Source: Selaginella moellendorffii (lineage: Eukaryota; Plantae; Lycopodiophyta). Taken from it: a DNA stretch of 64,000 nucleotides. The translations under genes were made by a program, and so were the position numbers. Where the stretch lies: positions 84,002-148,001 of the forward strand of contig NW_003314288.1 of the NCBI RefSeq assembly GCF_000143415.4, written 5' to 3'. Below are positions 1-12,297 of the stretch, piece by piece. The first letter of the stretch is position 1, and each line of letters starts with the position of its first letter. Below the pieces are notes generated by a model, which did no database searches, had not been told where the DNA came from, and saw only the letters and a list, made by a program, of their open reading frames with translations.

Positions 1-9
1 TTCGATAGG

Positions 10-2590
10 TTGGGAAAGGCAAAATACTTCTCGAGGATTGACCTAAGGTCAGGATACTACCAAATCAGGGTAGCCGAGGAAGATGTCAAGAAGACAACCT
101 GTCGAACAAGGTATGGAAGCTTTGAGTTCCTGGTGATGCCCTTTGTGCTGTGCAATGCGCCGGCAACGTTTTCGGCGTTGATGAACCATATTTTTGTACC
201 CTATCTGGATCACTTCGTAGTCGTCTATATCGACGACATCCTGATCTATAGCGAGACGCTAGAGGAGCATGCCGAACACTTGGCGAAGGTGTTTGAGAAA
301 CTAAGGGAACACAAACTGTATGCTAAAGAGAGCAAATGTAACTTTGCTCAACAAGAGGTAAAGTTTCTCGGGCATGTGGTGGGCCAGGATGGGCTCAAGG
401 TGGACCCAGAGAAGGTCCAAGCGATCCAGGAATGGGAGCGACCATCCAATGTACACGAGTTGAGGGCATTCCTGGGGCTATGCAACTGCTATCGAAAGTT
501 TATCAGACACTATTCGAGAGTAGCCCTGCCCTTAACGGACCAAACAGGAAAAGGGAAGATGGTGTGGACAGCGGAATGCGAGGCGGCATTCGTCCACCTC
601 AAGGGGAAGTTGAGGAAGGCTCCCGTATTGGCATTACCAGACTTTGGTAAGGACTTTGAGGTAGAAACGGATGCTTCGGACTTTGCGTTGGGCGCAGTTT
701 TGAAGCAAGACAACCATCCGGTAGCGTTCTTCTCGAAGAAGCTGGACAAGGCTCAACGGAAGTGGCCTGCCCACGAGAAGGAATTGTTTGCGGTGGTCAA
801 GGCGCTCAAGGAATGGCGACACTACCTTGGGAGACACTTCAAGGTTTACACGGACAATGTGGCAACGAAACACTTCTTGTCACAGCCCGACCTAAGAGGG
901 AAACAAGGTCGGTGGGCCAATGCCTTGGCTGAGTTTGATTGCGAGATTCTGTACAAGCCTGGGAAGAGCAACATCATGGCGGATGCGCTAAGTCGAAAAG
1001 CGAGCTTGAGGTTGGCAATATCCAGCACAACAGCAACCTTCTGGGACGATGTGCGGACAGCATATGAGAATGATGGTCTAGCACAAGAAGTGTTGCTGAG
1101 GAATCTAGAGGCGCAGGAAGCTCACCAGAGAGGTGAGCTGCCAACGGAAGAGAAAACGGGCTATGTGGAACGCAACGGACTCATCTATTACAAGCAAACG
1201 AGGGTGTATGTTCCAGAAGGGGAACTAAGGAAGGTGGCCTTAGAAGAGTGTCATGACGGACCTCTTGCGGGACACGGCGGAGTGCCCAAGATGATGGGCC
1301 TACTCAAAAGGAAGTACCATTGGCCAGATATGGCTAAGGACGTACAAGACTATGTAAAGACATGTCCAACATGTCAGCAGGTAAAAGCCGTGACTAAGGC
1401 TAACGGGGGCTTGTTGCAAAGCATCCCAATTCCAGATCGCCCGTGGAAATGTCTTACGATGGACTTCATCACGGGACTCCCCCCAAGCGAGGGGTTTGAT
1501 GCGATATTCGTGGTGGTGGACCGATTTTCAAAAATGGCACATTTCATACCCACCACAACGGAGGTGGATGCGGAAGGTGTGGCGAAGCTGTTCTTCGAAC
1601 AAGTGGTTCGAGTGCGGGGAAGACCGGAAGAGATCATCTCAGATCGAGATAAGATCTTCACCAGTAGGTTCTGGAGGACTCTCCTGGAACAGTATCGCAC
1701 CAAGTTGAAATTCAGCACAGCCTATCACCCACAGACAGACGGACAAACGGAAAGGGTGAATAGGCAGCTGGAGGATTATTTGCGATGCTATGTCTCGGGA
1801 GACCAGACCGATTGGGTAAGTCATTTGGGACTTGCGGAAATGTGTTATAACAACTCACCACATTCGAGTATCGGGGTGAGTCCATGGGAAGTCATCAATG
1901 GGCGAGCTATTGAAGGTCCTGTGGAACTCAGCGTGGCCGAGTATCATGGAGAGTTGCCCGCAGTGGAGGCATTCACGGCGGAAAGACTTAGCATTTGGAA
2001 TCTAGTGAGGGATTCCTTGGAACGGGCTCAACAAAGGCAAACCAAATACGCGAACCAGAAGCGTCGGGATGTAGAGTTCCAAGCTGGGGAGAAGGTGTGG
2101 CTGAACACCAAGAACCTCAAACTACCAAGTGGGATCAGCCGAAAGTTGACCCAAAGGTAAAGATGCATGTATTCCTGTAAATGAATTGATCTTGAGTTCC
2201 TTAAGCAGGTTCGCGGGGCCTTACGAGATTGAGGCACGAATCGGTAAAGTGGCTTACCGACTCCGACTTCCTCGAGAGATGGGGAAGATGCACCCAGTGT
2301 TCCACGTGAACTTACTCAAGCCGTACTTTGAGGATCCGCTTCGCAAGGACCAAGTGAGACCTTTACCTGAGGTTATCCAAGGGGAAGAGGAATACGAAGT
2401 CGAGGCCATCCTCAATGCGCGCAAGAGCAAGCGACAAGGACGCGAGGTGAGAGAGTTCCATGTGAAGTGGAAAGGATTTCCACACTACGAAGCAACATGG
2501 GAACCAGAGGAGAACCTAGCGAACGCGCGAGATCTAGTGGAGGAATTTCTGCAAGGCAGAACTCTATGTACTTATGCAAAATTCAATTAA
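10..2590 (+). CDS. pol: pol polyprotein (5'-truncated by window); two segments 10-2156 and 2209-2590 joined across a 52-bp GT-AG interruption
   Basis: Removing 2157-2208 restores ISRKLTQR-FAGPYEIEARIGKVAYRLRLP, the canonical gypsy GPY/F motif. Confidence 0.85.
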
Positions 2591-2993
2591 AAATATCAAT
2601 TTGCCAAGTTGAGCAAGTGGCATATGTCGGGACCCGAAGGCGCGCCAAAGGTAAGCTAATTAGCATGGGTTGGATAGGTCGACCAGGCATAGGGCACTAC
2701 GTCCGACTCCCCGCGGGGATGTCGAATCCGTAGACGTATTCTACGGAGGTTGGGTTCGAGTCCCAACCCCCTAGTAAAGCAAGGCTGGGTTCAAGTCCCG
2801 ACCCCATACTAGGGCGTGGTGAGGTGAGGAGTATAGGGACACCTATATTCCGTTGTCATGGGCTCTTGGCCGGGGAGGCTAACTTAGGCACACCGCTAAG
2901 TGGGGGGATGCCCCCGGAGACATGGTCAACAAGTCGTAGGATAGAACGAGATGTTCGATGTGGGCATCGAACTTCTTCTATAGGTGGTGGAGT

Positions 2994-4167
2994 TGTAAGG
3001 AACCGACTCCCCAAGATGTCGTAGGCTAAAGGATCCCCAAAAGCTTGACCGAAATGACAAAGAGTTCATCGGATGGGACCAAGTCGAGGATCGAGTCCAA
3101 GACCGACTCTAGGACCGAGTTCGAGATAGAGTCCGGAATCGAGTTCGAGACCGACTCGGGGACCGAGTTCGAGTCCGAGTTCGAGACCGAGTTCGAGACG
3201 GAGTCCGAGATCCGAAATCGGGTCCGAGACCGAGTCCGAGGTCGAGTCCGAGGTCGGGTCCGAGATCGGGTCCGAGATCGAGTCCGAGATCGAGTCCGAG
3301 ACCGAATCCGAAGTCGGATCCGAAATCGGGTCCGAGATCGAGCCAGAGACTAAGTCCAAATACTAATACGGGTCAAGGGGTGAAAGCCCAAAGCGTGCGT
3401 CTCCCAGGGGGGGGGGGGGGGGCTGGGGGGGGGCTGCAGGGGGTTCCAAAAGTATAGTAGGGATAGTGAGGTCCAGGAACCAGTTTTGAAGGGACTCTCC
3501 AGTTGGGCTTCCAAACCGACTTGAGGTTGAGACTGGGACCGAGGGGCCTTGGGTGGGAGTGAGCATGGACTTGGCTGGTGCCGGAGGGGCCGTCCAAGGA
3601 AGTGCTCAAGAGCAGCTCCCACTCCCGAAAGGGAAACCGACTACGGTGCTCCCGGCTCAGGTGGAGTGGTGCCCCACTTGAGTACCTTGTGGCTCATTGG
3701 TCCTCGCCCTTCCGGGGGCTTGGGCCTTCCCTTCGGGATGGAAGAGGGGGGGTAGAGGTACCCATACCGGGCCGTTAGGCCACGGTGTTTCGCCCCGACG
3801 TCCCGAAGCAAGTGCTGCATCCAAGGCTTGGGATTTAGAGGGTCCCATGATCAAGTCTTGTGGTACCAAGGGGTGTTAGGAATCTGGAGGCTTGGTGTGC
3901 TTGGCTGCTTGTGCCTGCAGGGAGTGTAGCCGAACCTTAAGTCCAGTCTAACCCGGGGAGGGGGATTGGGAGAGATTTGGGAATCCGTAGATGGATGGCT
4001 AACACTCTGTTGCTCGTGCAATGAGTAGCTGAAACCAAGTAGGACCAAGTAGGAGCTGGTACCATAGGCGAGAACCTTGGCGAGGGAACTTAGCACAAGC
4101 CAAGGCAGAGTTGGCCGGATAGACGAGGTAAGCTGGCAAATTGTAAAGGAAAAATTTGTGGCTTACA
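2994..4167 (+). repeat. 3' LTR (~1.17 kb) containing a hexamer array (~3080-3350) and poly-G tract (~3406-3442)
   Basis: TGTAAG at 2994 and CTTACA ending at 4167. Internal similarity (GGGTGAAAGCCCAAA, CCAAA.GTATAG) to LTRs at 56417-58111 and 58557-59192. Confidence 0.8.
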
Positions 4168-5169
4168 GCAAGCTTACCCAATCCTTTTAGGGTGAAGAAG
4201 TCAACATAATTATTTATATCCACAACCATCTTCCCATAATGAGCACTAGCATGGTTCCTTATCATGCTTTGACAAGGGAAACTCCCTCAATTAGGACACT
4301 TTACAGTCTTTGGCTGTACAATATACACTCACATTCTAGATGCAATTCAGCAGACACTAGATTTTATGAGCCAAAAGACTATTGTGGGCTATTATACTCA
4401 TTTTAAGCCTTACTACCTTTATGATCTTGCTCTCAAGAAGCTCATGGTCAACTAAGATATTTCTCTTAACAAGCAAGAACTCTATTGCCATATTCAAGGT
4501 ATTGCTTCCTCCAATTCTAATGTGGTGGACTTGTCCCTAATGCTGAATGAGGAGTTAGTCCAGCCTCTAGCACTAGCAATTAAGAAGCAATTTGTTCCAA
4601 GAGGAACAATGCCTCCTCCACTTGGTGGTGATATAACTTCCCTACTAACACTACTACTGTTAATTCCTCTAGTCATTTTGGTGGTAACTAGCAACACTTT
4701 TGCATCATCTAGTGAGCAAACCTCTATTGCTATTATGAATGAGCCCTTCATTGGTAAAGACACGGTTGGAGGCTTTTTTAGCTTGCCTCCACCAGATCCT
4801 TCCTAACACCACCACCTCATAAAGATATTGGGGCTGTTACACATTTAGGATGTGTGAGCAACCTAACCCTCAAAGCTCTAGAATCCAAGCTTTATGCAAG
4901 AAGGGGTTGTTTAAATTTTTTATTGCCCAATTACAAAATGTCCATGCATTAAAATAAATATTTGCTGTCATAGTTTCATTGTTCATATGTTTTTAGTTTT
5001 ATCATTTTTGGTGCATTCTACATTTATAACAAGGCTGCTGAAACCAAGCTTTGAAACCAAAGTTGCTAAAACCACGCTTTGAAACCAAGGTTATAATGTA
5101 GATTTGTAATGAATAATACTCTTCTATTTCTAGGAAAATTGTGATAAGACAATTACAATGACTATTCCA

Positions 5170-8100
5170 CTTCACATTAGAGTTAAGTCATTAATATTCA
5201 AGATCCTAAACATGTCCCGCAAAAATGGGTCTTGCACTTCCCAAATCTGCTTAATAGCTTAGTGCCTCTTGGTGCCATCTTCTGGAGTGATCTTAACAAT
5301 CTTTTGTGGCCACACTTGAACATTCTTTATAGCCTCTAAAATCTTTCAGCAAGTCAGCATCCAATGACAAGTAGTCCAACTCTCTGGTTTTGACTATAGT
5401 TTATTTTTGAAAATTTAATAAATCCAAAAGAATAGATTTATGTAGGCACTTTTATATCTTTTCTGATTCTATCTATGTGGTGCAACATAAAAAAAGAATT
5501 CAGCTCAACATAAAAAGGTTCTCTTAGCATTGTATCATCTCTTTCTTACTTTGTTTTATGGTCAGTCTCAAGAAGGGAAGGACACAGTGATTTAACGTTA
5601 GAAAGAATGGATGACAACAAACATAAAAAATCAGAGCTCAATTCTCTCTCAAAATGCATCAAAATACAAGAGTAAAGAAACAGATGATACAACGCCAAAA
5701 GAACTTGTTCTTGTTGAGTTAGATTTTTCCTTTCATGTTGTACCACACAGACAAAATCAAAAAAAATATAAAAATGCTTACACAAACTTGTTCTTCTAGA
5801 TTTATTGGATTTTCAAGAACAGTTGTCCACTCCAAACCCAACTCTATCTCAAACTGCACCAAAATACAAGAGTAAGAAACAGATGATATAACGTCAAGAG
5901 AACCTATTCTTGTTGAGCTGGATTCTTCCCTTCATACTGCATCACATAGAAAGAATCAAAAAAAATATAAAGGTGCCTACACAAACCTGTTCTTCTAGAT
6001 TTAATGGATTTTCAAGAATAACTGTCCACTCAAGGCTCAACTCTCTCTCAATCTGCACCAAAATACAAGAGTAAAGAAACAAGATAATATAATGCTAAGA
6101 AAACCTGTTTTTGTTGAGCTAGATTCTTCCCTTCATACTGCACCACACAAACAGAATTAGAAAAGATACAAAAGTGAATTTACTCAATTTTCAAAAACCT
6201 GATCTTGTTCAGCTGTCAACTCTCTCTCAAACTACACCAGAATACAAAAGTCATATAAAAGATGATACAATGCCAAAAGAACATATTCTTACAAGAGTCA
6301 TATAAAAGATGATACAATGCCAAAATAACCTGTTCATGAGCTGCCTACGCATCCTGCCTATGCACTCTTGTCATTGAGTATCCACCCTACAATACAGAAA
6401 AAATCAGAAAAGAAAAAATCAGAAAAGAGATGATACAAAAGTACCTAAACAAGCCTCTTGTTTTAGCCTTAGACCCCAGCTACTGCACTGCCTTCTAAGC
6501 CTCCTTAACATAAACTAACTGCTTTCCAAACGCACTCTGGTGCCACCATATCCACTTTGTTCACTTTGTTCATATATAAACTCAGATATGGTGACTCATC
6601 CAAACATTCGAGGCCTGAAAACTGTGGAGAGTGTTTGGCAAGAGCAATCAGCCTGGACAATCTCTTCATATCTTTTGCCTGAATGAAGAGTGCACTCAAG
6701 TTCAGCCTGTCTTTCATATCTCCCAAATGAATAGGCACTAAGATGTTGACACCCCACGCACCACAGTAGCATACTATCCCACAACACCTTTTAAAGGCCT
6801 CAACGAGATCTATCTTGTCTTTGTAGATCCTGCGGCAGTTGATACTTATCTTGCCTTGTGCGACAGCTCACACCTTTTCCTGGTGAGGCATCTTCTTCTG
6901 CTGTGCAAGCTCACTGAATGGCATTTTCACCAGTTGAGAGAAAAAGTTGTCCACTGTACACCAAGATTGTTTTTCTCCAGTCATTTCCCGTGCCTTTCTA
7001 CTGCCTCCAAGAGTATGATCCTTAAAAGTAGCTCCCCCTGTTCACCTTTGTTCACGAGTTTGGATAAAGGATCTATGAAAATCCCATATCTGACTCCCAA
7101 CATGGCAATGCGCACATGCTCGCTGTACTGGTTGATATCTCTAGTCGTAACCAAGGTAAGCTTATACTGCCTAATTCCAAATACCGTTTGAAACGCCTCT
7201 ACTTTATCTGCATCTGTAGCACTCTCAAGCCATCGGTGAAGATCGTGGCAGGATTCAGATGCATCGATAGCAGGATCCTTGGCGAGGTTGCTCAGGTAGA
7301 GAGAGCACCAAAGCAGTCGGCCATACTTGAGCATCCACTCGTTACTAACCACCTCCTCAAAAGAATTCCCCTGTGTAGACGTAGCCGGCAGAAGTGTGCT
7401 GTTTTCCCCAATATCTCCCTTGAAGAAGACAATCCAAGGAGACAGAAGAAAAAACCCAGGGACCGGATTCGGACTCCGCGCAGAAGGATCCCACCACTCG
7501 TGTCCTAAGAACTTGCCGACCCTGGATGTAGTGTCCATGAACAGAGTTAAACATGTTCCACCTAACACTCGTGTAGATCTTCCAAGTGGGATGTACACGT
7601 TTTCTTCCCATCCACTTTGGAAGATAATAGCAACCGGGCTTCATCGAAGACGAACAGCAGCTTCAACGGTTGGCCTGTCTTCTCCATACCACCTTACAAA
7701 TATACCTCTTGAAGACTTCAGTGGCTTTAGTCTCCCATCTCGTCCATAGTTCCAACTGAGTACTGGCCTTTATCTTCTCTCGAGACTTAAGTTCCTGGTC
7801 AAGTTTTTTAATCCGATTCTCCACTCCCGGCCACAAGTCCTGTTTGCAAACACCTGCGGCGTCCACGGCTCCTCTTTCCCTAGTCCTCCACCGAGCTCCT
7901 CAATGCATGCGATCCAATAAGCCAGACAGTAGGTCATGCATGCGAGATGACCTGCGTGATCTCCATTTCCCAGTGCCTGCCTTGCACGGCCGAGGAAAAC
8001 ATCTCTAAAATATGAAGGCTGAGGATAACAGGAGCCAGAACCCCAGCGACAAGTAAATGGTCCACACCTGTTTCCGATATAACTCTCGAACCACCCTCGA

Positions 8101-8751
8101 CTTACCCCAGCCGCTGGACTGGAAGAGACCAACGATACGTGAAAAATCAGTCTCCTCTGATCTTGTTCAGGGCGTCGTAAAGCGAGTCTACTCCACTGCC
8201 CTCATACTCCATGTCAAATGCTCGACCTGTAACAGCAGCAAACAAAAACATTCATGCAAACTGACGCACTTACTTGCCCCCGTCGTTAACTGTCTGCCAT
8301 ATTGTGTCCTTGTACTGCTGCTGCTCCTCCGGTGTCAGCTTGTCCCAGCAATCTCTATAGATTTTATCAAACCATTACTCGCCGGATACACTCCCAAGAT
8401 TCGAAAAGAAGCGCTGGGTACTTCTCCAACACCATTCTCACTTTTGATTCCCGCGCCTTGTTGTCTACTTGCAGCGCCATTTCAAGTACATACCGTGGGC
8501 TGACGCCTTTGTGTTTCTCTTGCTGCTCTGGCGACAACTTGTCCCAACTCTCAAGCAGCAGATCCAGATACCTCTGCTTCCACTCAGAATTGAAACCTTC
8601 AAAATCATCGAACGATAGCTCATCTCCATCGATCGCGCCCTCTCTTCTACAGCTTGCAGCAGCTCCAATGTCTTCTTGTTCTCTTCTTGCCGTCTCCTCC
8701 TTCGGGCTTCTACCGAATCCTCTCCCCAAGCCTCTTACCTCTATCGGCCAT
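5170..8751 (-). pseudogene. Frameshifted multi-exon P-loop NTPase gene (QSSGxGKSR type) with C-terminal exon-repeat region; 3' end approximate
   Basis: Minus-strand translation gives Walker A-like IVGLFQSSGWGKSR (8095-8121), Walker B-like FVFDEAR (~7635-7655), LFMDTTSRV and YGRLLW. The motifs lie in different frames with stops between them. Confidence 0.6.
5480..6340. repeat. ~200-bp tandem repeat, 3-4 degenerate copies, each made of two micro-exon/intron pairs on the minus strand
   Basis: Units start near 5636, 5836, 6035 and 6216 (CTCAACTCTCTCTCAA..CACCAAAATACAAGAGTAAAGAAAC). Confidence 0.85.
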
Positions 8752-9630
8752 GAGCCGCCTCCGAGTTAGGGCTAGGGCGAAAAGTGGACGGCAGGGATGA
8801 ACTTGGAGAAGAATCTAGGGCTATAGAGTAATTAGGGTTTATGAAACGCTCAGGCATACATGACTACTTCCCGGGTCAAAGCAATCCTTTGCAGCGACAT
8901 GGTCATCGTACCCATTGCGTTTCATGGAATCATCCCAACTTCGCTTTGTCCAGGTGACCGTGGATAGTGGAGGCAAAGTTGTGCAAGCACTGCACTGTGG
9001 AGTTCATAACATGTTCTCATGGTTCTCAGGAAGTGGAGGCTGCAATGCAAGAGGACCAACAATGCTCAAAGTAAATGGTCTCACTGATTGGTAATAGCTC
9101 GAGCCCTCAAGGATACAGGGATGATGGTTAGAATGTATAGTAGAGAAGGTGATGTTTTTCAGGTTTGAGAGTCATGAGAGACAGGTGTGGAAGGAAGATT
9201 GACGTGACCAAATCACACATCCCTTATACTAAGAACCTCTATCGGCCATGAGCTAGGGCTAGGGCGAAAAGTGAGAAATGTAAAAAATCTAGGGAAAGAA
9301 ATCTTAGTTCCCACCACCGGATTCGAACCCTGTTCATATTGACACTTGTCGCCCGTACATATCCGTGCGACAGTGGTGGGAAAGCTCGATGTTTTTGGTT
9401 AAGGATGAGGATACCACGCACAAGCTTCAATGGGTCAAAGACAATTGGATGATATATGACTATTGCAAGGACTTCAAGAGGTTTTTGAGGCTACCACCAG
9501 AATGTTGACAAACAGCTACTTTAGCAATTATTCTTTCCATGTTTTCTGACAAATTAAAATAACTACTAGCTGTTTGTCTTCATACATTGACCTCATAGTC
9601 CATATAATCAATATGCTGTAAAAAACAAAA

Positions 9631-10070
9631 ATGGACACTATAAAAACTCATCTAATTAAATCTAGATGTGTGTATGTTTCAAAAATGTTAAAATTCATAG
9701 CATTTCTATTACTTCATTACATGCTTGCTTATAGCTTGGAGTCTCACTTAAATAATTCCAGTACATTTATTAATACACAGCTCTATAATAATACTAATAT
9801 AACCATTGATATGAACCAAACTAACAATTTAAATGATTATGACTGGGCTCCTAATATGACAACAGAAGTTAAAGTATGTAATAAATATAGAAATGCAATT
9901 GTTTGGCATTATGATAAAACTTTTAAAAGTAATGTATTTTTTGAAGAATGTTAATTTATATTACATGGAACTTATTTTATAGAAGTTAGTTTTAATGGAT
10001 ATGGTTTCATCCAAACTGATAAATGGTAAGGATGGCAAAATTGAGCTTTTACTATTACATGGGATTATCT
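9631..10070 (+). pseudogene. AT-rich remnant of a putative secreted protein
   Basis: MLKFIAFLLLHYMLAYSLES is signal-like and followed by N-x-S/T-rich sequence. The reading frame continues through several stops. Confidence 0.3.
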
Positions 10071-11056
10071 CAACACATATACAGTACAATTCATTAAAAA
10101 CCTTTAATAAAAATTTATTTTTATATAATATAATTCAATAAATACCTTTTAATAAAATAGAATCATGGTTTTAAATTTATCAATTTTGTTTTACTTAAAA
10201 AAACCTTTCTAGTAGTGGATATGGCTAGAATATACCTAGATATTTTACCATCTCATTTAGATTAATTTTATAAACATGTTTTGTGAGTTTCAAGTATACA
10301 GTTACGATATTATATATTAATATTAGTATAGTAGGATTTTGGTAGATATTAGATTGATTTCAATCCAGACCACTCACTCCAATATATAAGCTAGGGTTTT
10401 TTGGGCTAATTGATATGTATATTTCTTATATTTTCTTTCCATATTACATGCACTCATATTGATGGAGGTGAAGAGCAATTTTAATTATCCCTGAGGAGTG
10501 TTTGGATTTGGGATTTTTGTTTTAGCTTTTGAATTGTCTAAATCCCTCTTTTGTTCTAGTTTTTTCCATTTCTTTTTTTTTTGCTTTCATTTTTAGATTT
10601 AGCTTTTGTATTGTTTAGATCTCCCTTTCCTTTTAACTTTTTCCATTTCTTTTCTTTTGCTCTTTTTTTTTCATTCATCTTCATGGCAAAGCAACAATCT
10701 CTTCCTCTTTTGCCTCTAAAGCAATAGTTGGTGCAATTGTTCAATACCATATGATTGCAGTTGAATAGCCAAACTTAGTTGATGGCAACTTTCACAACGC
10801 ATGGTACAACTCTTCTTACTCTTGCGTTCAACTGGAGTTCTTCCATAGGAATCCTAGAGATGATGTGTATTATTGATTTGATCACTTCACAATAGTTGCC
10901 ACATATCATTTTTTGGGATGATATTTAATATTTGCATGAGTTTCCCATGTGCCTCTAATGGTGCTAAAATGGTATAATGGTTTGAGCACAACCACTCATG
11001 AGGATTGGAGTATTCTCTTGGACATCTTTAAATGTGTATTTGGACATATTGACAAT

Positions 11057-11573
11057 TGTGACAAGCTCAAAATTTACTAAATATGGAATATCCCTAGATT
11101 ATGAATTTGGACACGAGACGAACACCATTGTGTTTAAGACAATCTTTACATTCTGTAGATATACCAAATGAACAAATCCAAACACTTTTCATAAATAGCA
11201 TTTGGGACCGAAATAAGATTAACACAAAGGGCATGATAGCAAAGGTGTTTGATAGACATAGTAAGTTATTATTTAGTGAATATTGAGGGACTAGGCTTAA
11301 TATGCAAAATCTTATCAAGCCAATACAAGACAAAGCAAAAGAAAACTAACAAACTGGGCTAAGTATGTTTGGCTAAATAGACATTTAAGAATTCTATCCT
11401 TATACTCGTCTGGCCAAATATAGATGCAAAATCCAGTTTACTAACACTTAAACAAGAAGGATTGATAAAGGGTCCAGGAATATCGACCTCTTGCCATCAT
11501 GGTAGTAAGAAAAGAATATCCGAAAGGACTAACTAACATATAATTTTCGATACCCAAAGTCATATTCGCAACA
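11057..11573 (-). repeat. LTR (517 bp), same family as 59193-59708
   Basis: TGTGACA...CGCAACA termini; colinear similarity to 59193-59708. No matching TSD seen. Confidence 0.8.
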
Positions 11574-12103
11574 TTAGCGTCAACAACGTCCTGTTGATGC
11601 TATTGTAGTGGTAGACACTGAGATGCATTCTAAAAATAAGGAATTGTGCAAGTAATAAAAGGACATTGCACAAATAAATCAGTGACCTTCCATCTTTCTT
11701 TTGGGAGTATCATTAAAGGGTTCACTCAGCACCAATTCATTTAATGTTTACTTTCCAAGCTCATTTTTATAATAAGAGATTACCTATTATTCTCTCCATG
11801 TTGGTTAATATAGGTTCAAGTTTATCCTCTATTACTCAATCTATTGCCACACGTTGCCATCTATATTTATGTTGTGTGGCAAAATTGATTTTCATTCTTT
11901 ATAGCAATAACCATACAATGCATGTGTGTGGGATGAGGTGGATTTAATTGTGCATGTAAGCGATCTCGAGCTTGAGTTGTAGTCATTGCAAATAGTGTTG
12001 AATCAAGCTTTTGACCTCATCATTGGTATGGATTAGTTGCAGCGCAATCATGCGAAATGTGATTTGAGCTTTCTCCCCTTTATCTCATACTTCTTAATAT
12101 TTC

Positions 12104-12297
12104 TATAAGCAACCAAAGGGAACGACTTGAGAGACGATCCATGGGGTTCAAATATAGAGGGAAAGGGCCCATGAACAAAAGTGCACCCCCTTTTCCAATC
12201 GGTTGAGGGTCTTGGGATATTTGGGGTTAAGCGTCCTTGGGTTTGAATAGTATTGGGCTGGGTGACCTCCCGGGAAGTCCAAACTTAGGAGCTTACA
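12104..12297 (+). mobile_element. Cassandra TRIM solo LTR (194 bp) with 5S rRNA-derived segment
   Basis: Near-identical to 33676-33869. 5-bp TSD ATTTC at 12099-12103 and 12298-12302. Contains GTTAAGCGTCCTTGGG..AGTATTGGGCTGGGTGACCTCCCGGGAAGTCC. Confidence 0.9.

Larger units (their letters stand above)
1..4167 (+). mobile_element. Ty3/gypsy chromovirus LTR retrotransposon, 3' part (RT-RNaseH-integrase-chromodomain, 3' UTR, PPT, 3' LTR)
   Basis: ORF 10-2160 has RT YIDD, RNase H (ETDASD), integrase HHCC and DDE motifs. Chromodomain in 2209-2590 (EEEYEVEAIL..VKWKGF..EATWEPEENL). Purine-rich AGGTGGTGGAG precedes an LTR with TGTAAG...CTTACA termini. Confidence 0.95.

Noticed and set aside
3045-3359. 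ORFs rich in RVRD/SDSIS repeats (also 56603-57319)
   Set aside because: Translations of hexamer arrays inside LTRs.
3381-4167. LTR start at TGAAAGCCC (3381)
   Set aside because: TGTAAG at 2994 matches the CTTACA end and follows a purine tract. The TSD-bounded relative at 56417-58111 also includes the repeat array.
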